This document shows positions 30,484-40,979 of a DNA stretch of 64,000 nt, in pieces. The position numbers and the translations under genes are program-made. The DNA is from Acidobacteriota bacterium (lineage in GTDB: Bacteria > Acidobacteriota > Aminicenantia > Aminicenantales > Saccharicenantaceae), in assembly GCA_028749115.1 (NCBI GenBank), contig JAQURD010000002.1:145402-209401 (forward strand), given 5' to 3'. Positions within the stretch are counted from its first letter, which is position 1. Each line of letters opens with the position of its first letter. Below the pieces are notes generated by a model that was not told the origin of the DNA, made no database searches, and worked only from the letters and a program-made list of their open reading frames with translations.

Positions 30484-30996
30484 ATGATCAAAAGAATAAA
30501 CAAAAGCTCTCTTGAGCGATTCATAAAAAACGATTTACCCAAGAAATTACAAAAAGATCTTCAAGATCTTCGTATCATCAGAGAAGCTGACATTGCCTGC
30601 TGCGTCTATTTCCATCTGAGAAGATTTATAGGTTCAGACAAAAGCCTGAAAGTTTTCGCTGAGAGACCTTCGAAACAGACAAAACATATTGTCGATATGG
30701 TCATTTTTAGAGATTTCCCCAATAAGTCTCCAGATCCGCGTATTGCCTTTGAACTCAAATGGAACCGAAAAAGGATATCGAAAAAGGATAGAGACAGCTT
30801 AGACCAATGCATAAGAAAACTAAACCTGGCAAAGGTTTATTTCATTTCGGTTTGCAAGAAAGACGGAGTAAATAGGGTCATTAAATCGGATTCAGAAAAG
30901 TTTAGGCTTTTCGAGATATATATTTATCCGAATTTATCCCCAGGCAAGTATAAAGAATGGGACGCCAGGCGGGCTAAAGTCAAAGACAAGTTTTAG
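30484..30996 (+). CDS. hypothetical protein (first gene of the AT-rich island)
   Basis: Clean 170-aa ORF in low-GC DNA; no recognisable motif. Confidence 0.4.
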   Translation: MIKRINKSSLERFIKNDLPKKLQKDLQDLRIIREADIACCVYFHLRRFIGSDKSLKVFAERPSKQTKHIVDMVIFRDFPNKSPDPRIAFELKWNRKRISKKDRDSLDQCIRKLNLAKVYFISVCKKDGVNRVIKSDSEKFRLFEIYIYPNLSPGKYKEWDARRAKVKDKF

Positions 30997-31369
30997 TGGA
31001 CTCGATGAAGAGTACCTAATTGGAGGGATGATTCATCGGTCTTTGCTCAAAGATTGACTTGAATTGATACTAAGGCAAGTCAAGTGGCGAGATTACCTTC
31101 AGGAACATAGGTCATAAGAAAAGAGGAAAAAATGACCACCCACAAAAAGCTTATCATGAAGAATTTAAGTTTAGTATAAAAATTTTATGATAGCCAGACA
31201 GCGAACTAAATTTGAAAGGGGGTATACCATTAAAACCAGCAGTATCTACCTGAAATCTATGGAATATATTTCTGACAAAAATAATCGAACGATTTATTTT
31301 TATACTGACCCCATGAGGAGGTGGATACCTCAAAGAGATAGAGTTTATACTGAATAAGGAGGCGTCAGG

Positions 31370-31892
31370 ATGAAGCCTAGGCAATGGAGTTCAGAGGAGA
31401 AGATGGCCATAGTGCTGGAGGGGTTAAAGGGGGAAAAATCGGTAGCTGAGATCTGTCGGGAACACCAGATAAGCCAGGCATTGTATTATCGGTGGCGGGA
31501 CAGGTTTTTGGAGGCAGGTCAGAAGGGATTAAGCAAGGGGGGCAGTGAGGATGAAACGAAGGCGCTTCAAGCCCAGATAGAGAAGCTGGAGAAGTTCATA
31601 GGGCGGCAGACGATGGCGATTGAGGCTTTAAAAAAACTCAAGAGTTAATCTCAGGGAAGTAGTCGAGCTGATGAGGGAGAGAGGGATGAGCCTGAAATCG
31701 GTCTGTGAGACTCTCAGGATAAGCCGGAGCGGGCAGTATCGGAAGGAGAGCCAAAGGCCTGGCTCAAATAGGGATGAGGTTCTGCTCGTTTGAGGAAGCT
31801 GAGGCCAGAGTCGGTGTCAGGATAGAAGATTATAACCGGCTCTATGTGCACTCAGCTTTGGACTATCTAAGTCCTGAAGAGCTCGCTCAGTA
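31370..31892 (+). mobile_element. IS3-family insertion-sequence remnant: intact orfA (HTH/leucine-zipper, 92 aa) plus two orfB fragments missing the DDE core
   Basis: orfA MKPRQWSSEEKMAIVLEGL...EICREHQISQALYYRWR...; downstream frames give LREVVELMRERGMSLKSVCETLRISRSGQY (orfB N-terminus) and EEAEARVGVRIEDYNRLYVHSALDYLSPEELAQ* (orfB C-terminus). Confidence 0.7.
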
Positions 31893-32064
31893 ATGGGTTC
31901 AAACACAGGAAGCTACATCGCAGGGAGCTCAAATATGAACCGGGTTAAAGCCACAGCCTGTAATCCAAACAATATGGACTATTTTTTTAAAAAGAACTCT
32001 ATCTCTCAAAGCGAGAAAAAGTGTCTTGCTTTTCGGGGTTCACTACATAAGGGGAAACCTCCTA

Positions 32065-32838
32065 TTATCTATCATTGCCTTTCTTAGCCTGCTCCTTCAT
32101 ATAATTTCCTGTAAATGATAGATAGTCCACTATATTAAATATTAAATCCAAGGGGTTTACAACCTTATGTTCATCCGTTCCCAAATTTCCAGGGTCATCC
32201 GTTGCAGAAGTAAACAACAACATCTCCATTTCACTAAAACCATATTTAGGCCACCCATAGAATCTTTGAAAAGGTTTATTTCGGTGAACAATAAACTTGT
32301 CTCTAACTAATTTCAAACTTGAGGTAAACCATCCCGTTTGCTCACGAACATATTTTGCATACGTTTCATGGTTACTATAAGGTATATTTTCAGTCCTCAA
32401 GAAAAATTCGCGATGCTTCGTAAAAGAAGTAAAACTTGGCTGTGTGGGTTGATTTTTCAAAAATATCTTTGTTATGGCACTAGCTCTATCTAAAAGAATG
32501 CGACTGTGGATCAGCAAATTATCGAAATCCAGGCCGAGAAAGCGTCCAGTTTCATTTCTTTTAGCAGCAAGCCACCTTTCATGCTTGGTAAACGGTATAC
32601 CCACCTTTCTAGACCAATAAGGACCGTTCCTATATCGGCGCTCTATTGACATGGCTTTCAACAACCTTTCACAACAAAGAATAAAGAAAATATATTGTTC
32701 CAGATAAGAATTTATGGGATCTGCATACCCTAAGTAAGGCGTACGATCGTCTAGGGTGACCAAGTAATTTGATAATGGGTCGTTCTTAATTTTCTTAAGG
32801 ATCTTTATAATATTCATTGGATCCCAAAAAGGAGACAC
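32065..32838 (-). CDS. hypothetical protein (island cargo)
   Basis: 257-aa ORF in AT-rich DNA; no recognisable motif. Confidence 0.4.
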   Translation of the reverse strand: MSPFWDPMNIIKILKKIKNDPLSNYLVTLDDRTPYLGYADPINSYLEQYIFFILCCERLLKAMSIERRYRNGPYWSRKVGIPFTKHERWLAAKRNETGRFLGLDFDNLLIHSRILLDRASAITKIFLKNQPTQPSFTSFTKHREFFLRTENIPYSNHETYAKYVREQTGWFTSSLKLVRDKFIVHRNKPFQRFYGWPKYGFSEMEMLLFTSATDDPGNLGTDEHKVVNPLDLIFNIVDYLSFTGNYMKEQAKKGNDR

Positions 32839-33004
32839 ATACTCCCTCTGAACAGTGCAGCTCCTTATATAGTCTTGTTATATATATAAGGTCGCCTCCA
32901 TAACTATTCTCTAGATCTAAAGATAATATACACCATTATTTGTTTGTGCTGATAACTATTCTTATAGGCCCATTGAAGGCCGGTGGCTAGTGTACAAAAT
33001 AAAA

Positions 33005-33697
33005 TCATATATCTAACAGATACCCGTTCTTTTTAAGCCAGTCTTTATGTTTTTCATAATCTGGCAGCATTAGCTTGATTTTTGCCCAAAACTCCTTAGT
33101 ATGGTTTTTCTCTACCAAGTGAATTAATTCATGCACTACTGCATAATCAATAACTCCCAATGGGGCCATGATAAGACGCCAAGAAAAATTTAAATTTCCA
33201 GAGGGAGAACAAGAAGCCAGCCTTTTTCTTGAATCAGTAATGTTTACCTTATTAAAACTTAATCTCCTTTTTTGGGCATACCACCTGACTCTTTCTGGTA
33301 TCTTCAAACGGGCTGCATCTTTGTACCAGTTAATGATCAATTCTCTTGCCTCCGGTAGCGCTTTGTTAGATATAAAAAAACCTCTGTCAAACTTAATCGG
33401 AAGGTCCTGCTTACCGACAACCTTAAGTTTGTAATAAGCTCCAAGATAAGGGAATCCTTCTCCGTTGACATATTCTTTTGCCCTGAATAATTGGCGCTCT
33501 TTAGCTAATTCATCACTTTTTTTATTAATCCAGGCACTATTTTTTGCCAAAATTTTCCTTATAGTCCCGTCGTCGGTATTGGCGGGAACACGAAAGATTA
33601 GCTTCCCGCCCGAGCCAATCTTCAAAGACATAGACTTTCTGTTAGTTCTTACAATTTCTATTTCAGGCATTCTTCTTTCCATATATATGATAGGCAA
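33005..33697 (-). CDS. DUF45/YgjP-like (M48/WLM-type) zinc metallopeptidase, hsdR-associated
   Basis: HExxH motif in VVHELIHLVEKNH; this family is typically encoded directly downstream of type I hsdR. Confidence 0.7.
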   Translation of the reverse strand: MPIIYMERRMPEIEIVRTNRKSMSLKIGSGGKLIFRVPANTDDGTIRKILAKNSAWINKKSDELAKERQLFRAKEYVNGEGFPYLGAYYKLKVVGKQDLPIKFDRGFFISNKALPEARELIINWYKDAARLKIPERVRWYAQKRRLSFNKVNITDSRKRLASCSPSGNLNFSWRLIMAPLGVIDYAVVHELIHLVEKNHTKEFWAKIKLMLPDYEKHKDWLKKNGYLLDI

Positions 33698-36600
33698 GCT
33701 CTAATAGTTTCTGAGCAATTTCATTCCTTTTGGTGTGGATCTTGCCTCCCCATCCCGGCTCGTTTCCTTCTGCACTTCCTGATCGTTCAAGATGCTTGGC
33801 CTTTAAATTCAGCAAATGCGATATTAGATATGATTTTAACCGTTTTTGTTTTGTATAATTTTCCCAAAAATCGACAGACCTTATTTCTTTTTTAACCATT
33901 TCAATAATATCCCTGGTTATATCTATAAGAAAACTCAAATCCTCTTGTGATAGTTGGTCTATGGAATCCTTCCCATATATTTCTTGCTTCAGGAGGCCAA
34001 AAAATGGCATCTCTTTTTTAGGATCAAAACCAAATGTTTGCTCGGCTTCCCTGCCCTTCTTTAGCTTATCCCTTATTATTTCCAGTCCAGCTGCCAGCTC
34101 CTCCCAATTATTTTTATATTGTTCTAAAATTGAGTTTAATTTATCAGAAAATCTTTGATAGAACTCCGGGTCTTCCTCGAAGTGCTTTTCTATATAGTCT
34201 TTAGTAGCAAATTCTAGTTCCAGTGCTCTAGCTTTTGCTGTCCTCGCCTTTACTTGTTTTATAAAAGCGTCATCAAGGAGAGGCAATGGGGCAACTTTTG
34301 GGTTCACTCCTTTGGAAATAAGAAATTCTTCCACTATCTCCCTTATCTTTTTGCTGGCATCCTTTAGGCTAAGCTTATCATCTCGAAATCTGTTGCGAGC
34401 TGATTCTTTTATGAACTCAATGATTTTTAAATCAGTAACATATTTTAAAGCCTGGGGATCCGGCAAGACCGCATCCATTAATTTTTCAAAATTCCTTACC
34501 AGAGATATAAATTCGTTTCTTGTCTCTTCATCTACCAACAAGTCAATACACTCTTCTAAATTGTTTCTCCAGTCACTTACTCCGTAACTTCCAAAAAAAC
34601 TTTCAATTTGATTGTGAACATATTCAAGCTGATCAAAACCTTTCGCCTTGTTTATGATAACTTGAGAAATTTCCTCTATATCTTCGTCAGCATAAATAGC
34701 CAGTGCTTCCTTCAAATGTTTAAGAACACCGACATAGTCAACTACAAAGCCGCAGCTCTTATTTTCATAGACCCTGTTGACCCTAGCTATTGCCTGAAGC
34801 AAATTGTGTTCTTTGATTACATTATCCAAATACATAACCTGCTCCAATGGCGCATCAAAGCCAGTAATCAACATGCTTTGGACGACAATTATCCCTGTAT
34901 CCCCATTTATCCCACCTTCTGCAGTCTTACCAAATGGCAATTTAAAGCTCTTAATTAAACGCTCATGAAGATTGGGGTCGGTATAATCATGGTATTCTGG
35001 TGGGTCGTTAGGGAGACCAGAAATTATGACAGCCACCTTAAGCCTTTCCAGCTGTGCTATGTCCATTCCCAGAGAGCTTTCCCGGCATAATTTCTCGATC
35101 TTTCCCCTTAGAGCTTCTTCTAAAGCTTGTTTATATCTGATAGCCGCAAGCCGTGATACAGCTACAACCTGGGCTTTAAATCCGTTTGGAAAAACATGCT
35201 CAACATAGTGATCGATCATGTCCCTGGCTTTATCTCTAATTACTTTCTGATCTTCAAGATAAGCCCTCCACGTATAGCGGCCTAAGAGTCTTTCTTTTTC
35301 ATCTGGACCGACCTGAGCAAAGACATCTTCAAATTTGGCATTAGCTGCCCCTTCATTTGTAAGCTCAGCAGAGTGGACTCTCCCCTCATAGACAATTTCA
35401 ACTGTCACCCCATCCTCAACCGATTGCTTAATCCCATAGCGGTCAATATAGTCGCCAAAAGTCATTTTAGTTTTTTCTATTGGCGTTCCGGTATAGGCGA
35501 TTCTTATGGCGTTGGGCAATGCCCTATTTAAATTGGCACCCAAAAGGCTATACTCAGTCCTGTGAGCTTCATCAATCATTATTAGGATATTCGATGAGAT
35601 ATTTAAAATGGGAAACTGAGTTTCTAAGTCTCTTTCCTGAACTTTGTGAATCATTCCCATAACTAAATCTGGTGTATTTGTCTTTAAAAGTTCCTTAAAT
35701 TGGCTAATGCTATTGGCGAGGTTGACCGTGAAGCCTACACTTTTTGAGGTCTCTTTCAGCTGTCTTTCCAGGTCTTTTCTATCAGTGATAAAAATAATCT
35801 TATACTTGGCCAGTTCCGGATCATGATACATGGCTCTTACAGTAAACATCATAGTCAGGGACTTTCCTGAGCCCTGGGTGTGCCAGATAATACCCCCCTT
35901 ATCCTTTGGATCGGTTTTTTCTTTAAGACGCTTTATAATTTTTTTGACAGCTCTAAACTGCTGGTACCTTGGTGTAAGCTTTATAATCTCGCCTTTGTGA
36001 TCTTCTCTGAAAATCGTGAAATTATAAAGGATGTCTAACAAGTTATCTTGGGAAAGCATACCCTGCACAAGCACTTGTTGACTGGTGAGATTTCCAGCGG
36101 CTCCAATATCCGAGAGGGCAAAAGGATAAGGGTCTTTCCATTCGACAAAATGCTCGTGCTCGCCAGTGATCGTGCTATATTTAGCTGTTTGATTAGATGT
36201 TGCAATCATAAAAAGGTTATACCAGAAGAGCTTTTCATTGCCTTCCTTTTCGCCCCTTTTATTGGCGTACCTCCAAAGTTGGGTAATTGCTTCAGAAACA
36301 GGATCGGCTATGGCCGGAGACTTACATTCAATAACGACCAGTGGCAATCCATTTACAAAAAGCACGATGTCCGGGATGATATGTTTTTCAGTACCTGGGA
36401 TATTAACCTTAAATTGTGAAATTGCCAGAAAAGAATTGTTCTCAGGTCTTTTAAAATCTATATACCTGACAGTAGGACTCTTTTCACCAGTCTTTCTGTT
36501 TTCTGAAACGGACATATTTTCTATTAAGAGGTCATGAATCTCTCTATTGGCCTCCAGGAGAGAATGTCCCTGAGGGATCGTAATTCGCCTAACAACCTGG

Positions 36601-36860
36601 GTTATCTGATCTTCTTCAATCCATGCGTTTATTCTTTTTAGAGACTTTTTTAGCTCGTCTTCGAGAATAATCTCTATGAATGCCTCCCGAAGTTTAACCA
36701 CCTCACCATATCTAGGTTCATTCTGGTCGTTAAACGATAATATCGGCCAGACCTGCTCAGGATCATCTTTATTTTGCCTATAAATTCCCCACCCGAGTCT
36801 CTGCAGCTGGGCTAAGAGCGCGTTTTCTACATAAAATTCTTCGTCTAATTTCTTATACAT
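33663..36860 (-). CDS. hsdR: type I restriction enzyme R subunit
   Basis: N-terminal PD-(D/E)xK (IPDIVLFVNGLPLVVIECKSP); SF2 helicase motifs GSGKSLTM (I) and DEAHR (II); 1065 aa. Confidence 0.9.
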   Translation of the reverse strand: MYKKLDEEFYVENALLAQLQRLGWGIYRQNKDDPEQVWPILSFNDQNEPRYGEVVKLREAFIEIILEDELKKSLKRINAWIEEDQITQVVRRITIPQGHSLLEANREIHDLLIENMSVSENRKTGEKSPTVRYIDFKRPENNSFLAISQFKVNIPGTEKHIIPDIVLFVNGLPLVVIECKSPAIADPVSEAITQLWRYANKRGEKEGNEKLFWYNLFMIATSNQTAKYSTITGEHEHFVEWKDPYPFALSDIGAAGNLTSQQVLVQGMLSQDNLLDILYNFTIFREDHKGEIIKLTPRYQQFRAVKKIIKRLKEKTDPKDKGGIIWHTQGSGKSLTMMFTVRAMYHDPELAKYKIIFITDRKDLERQLKETSKSVGFTVNLANSISQFKELLKTNTPDLVMGMIHKVQERDLETQFPILNISSNILIMIDEAHRTEYSLLGANLNRALPNAIRIAYTGTPIEKTKMTFGDYIDRYGIKQSVEDGVTVEIVYEGRVHSAELTNEGAANAKFEDVFAQVGPDEKERLLGRYTWRAYLEDQKVIRDKARDMIDHYVEHVFPNGFKAQVVAVSRLAAIRYKQALEEALRGKIEKLCRESSLGMDIAQLERLKVAVIISGLPNDPPEYHDYTDPNLHERLIKSFKLPFGKTAEGGINGDTGIIVVQSMLITGFDAPLEQVMYLDNVIKEHNLLQAIARVNRVYENKSCGFVVDYVGVLKHLKEALAIYADEDIEEISQVIINKAKGFDQLEYVHNQIESFFGSYGVSDWRNNLEECIDLLVDEETRNEFISLVRNFEKLMDAVLPDPQALKYVTDLKIIEFIKESARNRFRDDKLSLKDASKKIREIVEEFLISKGVNPKVAPLPLLDDAFIKQVKARTAKARALELEFATKDYIEKHFEEDPEFYQRFSDKLNSILEQYKNNWEELAAGLEIIRDKLKKGREAEQTFGFDPKKEMPFFGLLKQEIYGKDSIDQLSQEDLSFLIDITRDIIEMVKKEIRSVDFWENYTKQKRLKSYLISHLLNLKAKHLERSGSAEGNEPGWGGKIHTKRNEIAQKLLELAYHIYGKKNA

Positions 36861-36877
36861 TTTTCGTCATTTTTTTA

Positions 36878-39208
36878 TCATTTTAATTGAGCCTTTGGGG
36901 CATCATCGACAACTTCATCTAAAATTTCTTGGACTTTAGACAAAGCCTTTTTTGTAAGATTCTGCCCCCTTTTAATTAAAAAGCTATCTTTATCAGCTCT
37001 TATTTCTATTATCTCATTACCCCGTTTGATCTCAATATAGGGCTCCTCAAGGTCAGTGGAATATATATAATCAGCTCTGTCTTGAAGTCCCTCTCTCCCT
37101 TTTAAGTGACGATTAAATAGGTCGTATGTATATAGCTCAGCATGCCTGCCACTTAGTTTTTCTTTCATTAAGAGGTATATCTTAGGAAAGTTTTCATGGT
37201 TAAGTTCGTCTCTATCAGCTCTGATTTTCCTATTTTTACAATAGGCCAAATTGTTAGGATTTTTTATAAAATACTTACGCCAATCGTCTTCCCCAAACTT
37301 CTCGATTATTCTGTTCAGATCCTCCTCGATATTCTTAGAAGTTAGCTCATCCAAAAGATTTTTTAAATACTGACTTTTAATATCATCATTAAACACCTTC
37401 CTCCAGTTGTCCATCTTAGCTCTAAGACCTCCTTCAAAATTGCAAAAGGTATAGTTCATACCATCCTTGACCAGATAATTGCCTTTGGCCAATAATGCTC
37501 TCTCAAAAAGGTCATTTTTCCCGCGATCACCATTACTAAATAATTCATTATTACTAAATAATTCCTTCAGCCTTTCTCCATAATATCTGAATTTCTTTTG
37601 GTCATATCCCCCCTGTCGATCTTTGGAATATTCCAAGATAAAGCCGATCTGTCCGTTAAAATAGCTATGGGTTTCAACATCAACAATTAGTTCTTCCCAA
37701 TTCGGATCTTCCATAATTAACTTTACTTTTTTCTTTTCCTCATCTGTCTGTATCCCTAAAAAGAAGTCAACTTTGGAGTCACCGCTTAGGAGATATTCAT
37801 AAATGTCGTTTATATGATTACTAAGCTCTTTTAACGAGCGGATAGCCCTATAAAAATCCATAGGCTCATCGATTCTGGTATTGTTGATTAAATTCAGAGC
37901 TATTCTCGCCCACCTCTTGAACATCTCCTTATTATTCTCGTTTAAGGCATGATCCCTTATAAAATATTTATACAGTGCATAAAATCTGCACCTTTCCTGG
38001 TAATTGATGGTGCTCCCGCTGTCGTCACCCCTATGAGGTTTAAGAAAGTCTAAAAATATATTCTTAAATGGCTCAATTAGCCTTCGCAATACTTTATGTT
38101 TTCCAAATAAATTGCTAACACTTTCACTATAATGCGTTAAACAATCCAAGCATAAAACGATATTCCTTATATTTTCTTCTGTAAATGTAGAGACTTTTAG
38201 ATCAGACTGGCCATCTCTAGTTTTTTTTTCGTCATCCCACATTTTAAATATTTCATATGAGTCCATAATATCTTTTTCCTCTGATATAAGATTTTCATGA
38301 TGAGCCTCAACATTTAAAAGGAAGACCAGGTTTTCAAGAAAGCTGAAATACTTCTTGTCAACGAATTGCGGACTTATCTTCTGACTTTGCATTTTTTCTA
38401 TTTTCCAGAAAATTTCTAACCATTCATTATCAAATTTCTTTTTTTCATCATTAGTTAGATCTTTAGAAAATAACGCTTTAAAATGTTCCAAAAAAGTCAA
38501 TGGCTTCCCCCTGGCATTCATTTTGATATAAAGCTCGTCAGTAAGAGCAAACTCTTCAAGCGGAAGGAAGTAAAATTCAATCACTGATTGTCCGCCAATC
38601 AGCTTATCCAACAATTCATTTTCCTCTTTTCCAAAGTTTTCTTGAATGATATCCAACATATTTAGCATGTTTGAAACTGTTGGATCTCTCTCCCAAGACA
38701 GAAAGAACCATTTGCAATTTTTTATCGCCTTGCTTATCTCTTTTCCCTTTTCATACTGGACACCCTCGTTTATTAACTTTTTACAAAAATCCTGGGAACT
38801 TAATCTAGTCTCATAACTGAATCGTGATAGACGATCCTTTAGATCCTTATTAAGTCTGTCTTCTTTCAAGGCAAGATACCAATGAAGAAGCCAGAGAGTG
38901 GTGAGCCGCTGCTGGCCATCAATAGGTATCAGTTTTCCTTGATCTATTTTTCCATAAATAAAGTCTAAACTCAGCTTCTTGCCATTTTTGATGCTATCGT
39001 ATATGGCATTTATAAAAGCATCGGCAATTCTTCTCTCTAGAGGTCTCCCTTGGGCATAATCCCTTTGAATTATAGGGATTTCAATTTGATATTCAGCAAT
39101 TAAAGACCAAAAATTGGTTTTCATTTTGGCCCTCTCTATTAGATTCTTTGCCTTTTTCATCTTTAAAATATTCTTCCAATGTTTCGACCATTGACTCAAG
39201 ATAAGCAT
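36878..39208 (-). CDS. DUF262 (ParB-like/GmrS-type) domain protein, type IV-restriction-like
   Basis: IPIIQRDYAQG ... IDGQQRLTTLWLL DGQQR motif; likely true start is the Met at about 39124 (MKTNFWSL...); inserted between hsdS and hsdR. Confidence 0.75.
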   Translation of the reverse strand: MLILSQWSKHWKNILKMKKAKNLIERAKMKTNFWSLIAEYQIEIPIIQRDYAQGRPLERRIADAFINAIYDSIKNGKKLSLDFIYGKIDQGKLIPIDGQQRLTTLWLLHWYLALKEDRLNKDLKDRLSRFSYETRLSSQDFCKKLINEGVQYEKGKEISKAIKNCKWFFLSWERDPTVSNMLNMLDIIQENFGKEENELLDKLIGGQSVIEFYFLPLEEFALTDELYIKMNARGKPLTFLEHFKALFSKDLTNDEKKKFDNEWLEIFWKIEKMQSQKISPQFVDKKYFSFLENLVFLLNVEAHHENLISEEKDIMDSYEIFKMWDDEKKTRDGQSDLKVSTFTEENIRNIVLCLDCLTHYSESVSNLFGKHKVLRRLIEPFKNIFLDFLKPHRGDDSGSTINYQERCRFYALYKYFIRDHALNENNKEMFKRWARIALNLINNTRIDEPMDFYRAIRSLKELSNHINDIYEYLLSGDSKVDFFLGIQTDEEKKKVKLIMEDPNWEELIVDVETHSYFNGQIGFILEYSKDRQGGYDQKKFRYYGERLKELFSNNELFSNGDRGKNDLFERALLAKGNYLVKDGMNYTFCNFEGGLRAKMDNWRKVFNDDIKSQYLKNLLDELTSKNIEEDLNRIIEKFGEDDWRKYFIKNPNNLAYCKNRKIRADRDELNHENFPKIYLLMKEKLSGRHAELYTYDLFNRHLKGREGLQDRADYIYSTDLEEPYIEIKRGNEIIEIRADKDSFLIKRGQNLTKKALSKVQEILDEVVDDAPKAQLK

Positions 39209-40958
39209 CCCTATCTTGTTTTTCCCATTTAACTGTTTGTTCGGAATTCTTAGAAAAATATTTTAAAAAGACATTTTTCGTGCCTATGGGAACAAAGCCA
39301 CCCTTTTTATCTATTTCTATAATCTTTTCCCTTTTGATGGGGAATATATTGTTACTTAGAGCAGAGTTATCATGACTAGAGAGGAGAGTCAAATTATCTA
39401 TTGAATGAATATTGATTTCATCAGAAAATAATTTGTATATTGTATCTTGTATTTTTTTAAATGTATTTTCGTCTATTATTTTCTCCTTTAATAAATCTTC
39501 AATATCTTTGGCCGCTACCAGATATCCATTGTTTTCTAAATATTTCAGTTGATCAGCAAGAAGAAGTTTTCTTTGATTGCTATTTTTTATAGTTTCTGAA
39601 TTTTGGGCATGAATGTGCTCTAGAGTCCATTTTTGTTCGACAAACTTATTAAAAGAGAACCTTGTTTCGTGGCTATCTTTTGCGATTAATATGTTAAATA
39701 ATAAAAGAACTTTCCTTATATCTTTATAATCTCTATCATATTCAAGCTCTCTTAAATAGTTACCGACACTATTTTTGTCCTGGAATTGGATACTTTTCTT
39801 AATTTCGTTTCTTATCCAGTCTTTAAATTCAACTTTGTCATAACTTTGACAGCATTTTATAATTTCCTTAATTTGAGTATCCGAATGGATTAGATAACCA
39901 ATTAGATGATAATATTCATCGTTATAAAACCATTCATCAAACATTCTATGATATGTCTTAACTTCATCCCATAGGCTATCCCGGGCTAAACCTTCTGATG
40001 CAATAATTTGGCCGTTAATAACGTCTATCTTTTTGGATATAAGTTCATTGAATATATAGAACGTATAATAAGGATCGATTAACTTATTTACTTCAATATC
40101 CACCAGCTTTTCATATTTATTAGCAATTAGGTCAAAGATAAATTCAATCCTAGTAGGAATATCATGTTTTTGCCTGTTTAGGAAATACCAAAATTTATCT
40201 GCCCGTAACGCACTTTCTATACTTTCCCATTCGTAGGCTCTTTTGAATTGGTGGTTCTCTCTATCTTCCTCAGATTCTTTAATAAATAAGATTGCCTTTA
40301 TTAGTTCGGCACTGGTCAGTGGTATTTTTCCCATATTTATTCTAGTGAATATTTCTGCTGGATCTTTGACCGCTTCATCATCTTCCGCCTCATACCAAAT
40401 AAATCGCACATTATTCGCTAAATCCCGGCCATTTTTTCTGTCAACCTTTATAAGAGCATTTGCAAAATCAGCCTTTGTAATCCTTTTTTGTTTTATATTT
40501 TCTTCAAACCAGTTCTTAATACATAAAAAGGCTTTGCTGATATAATAATAATCTATATTGTCTTTATCTTCTGTTATGATATCTGAGATCTTTCTTAAGT
40601 AATCTTCACTGCCCGGCCTGGTTTCATATTTTAATTGATAAATATTTTCAATATAGTAATCCTCCTTCAATCTATCCTTTAGAAAGGTTAAAACCAGAAA
40701 TATCGTTGTTAGCCTCTGCTGCCCGTCTATAACCTCATATTCATTCTGATTATTATTGTGCTTTTTGACGACGAGAGGCTGAAGGCAATAAAATTCTCCG
40801 GGTTTCTTATTATATCTACTTTGAAATTCTAAAATATCGTTTAATAGGTCAAGCACCTGCCTTTCATCCCATCTGTAACCCCGCTGATAAGACCCAATGA
40901 TGAATGTCTTGTTGAACAATTCGGGAATTGATATTAATTTAATTTGCGTCTGTGTCAT
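39093..40958 (-). CDS. GmrSD-like fused DUF262-DUF1524 type IV restriction endonuclease
   Basis: N-terminal SYQRGYRWDE ... IDGQQRLTTIFLVL (DUF262); C-terminal WTLEHIHAQN ... NLTLLSSHDNSALSN (DUF1524 His-Me finger-like). Confidence 0.75.
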   Translation of the reverse strand: MTQTQIKLISIPELFNKTFIIGSYQRGYRWDERQVLDLLNDILEFQSRYNKKPGEFYCLQPLVVKKHNNNQNEYEVIDGQQRLTTIFLVLTFLKDRLKEDYYIENIYQLKYETRPGSEDYLRKISDIITEDKDNIDYYYISKAFLCIKNWFEENIKQKRITKADFANALIKVDRKNGRDLANNVRFIWYEAEDDEAVKDPAEIFTRINMGKIPLTSAELIKAILFIKESEEDRENHQFKRAYEWESIESALRADKFWYFLNRQKHDIPTRIEFIFDLIANKYEKLVDIEVNKLIDPYYTFYIFNELISKKIDVINGQIIASEGLARDSLWDEVKTYHRMFDEWFYNDEYYHLIGYLIHSDTQIKEIIKCCQSYDKVEFKDWIRNEIKKSIQFQDKNSVGNYLRELEYDRDYKDIRKVLLLFNILIAKDSHETRFSFNKFVEQKWTLEHIHAQNSETIKNSNQRKLLLADQLKYLENNGYLVAAKDIEDLLKEKIIDENTFKKIQDTIYKLFSDEINIHSIDNLTLLSSHDNSALSNNIFPIKREKIIEIDKKGGFVPIGTKNVFLKYFSKNSEQTVKWEKQDRDAYLESMVETLEEYFKDEKGKESNREGQNENQFLVFNC

Positions 40959-40979
40959 TAATTTCTCCTTATTTGCTCT

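Noticed and set aside
31649-31892. IS3 orfB considered as a functional transposase
   Set aside because: Only N-terminal (about 45 aa) and C-terminal (about 33 aa) fragments remain, separated by stops; the DDE catalytic core is deleted, so it is recorded only as a remnant.
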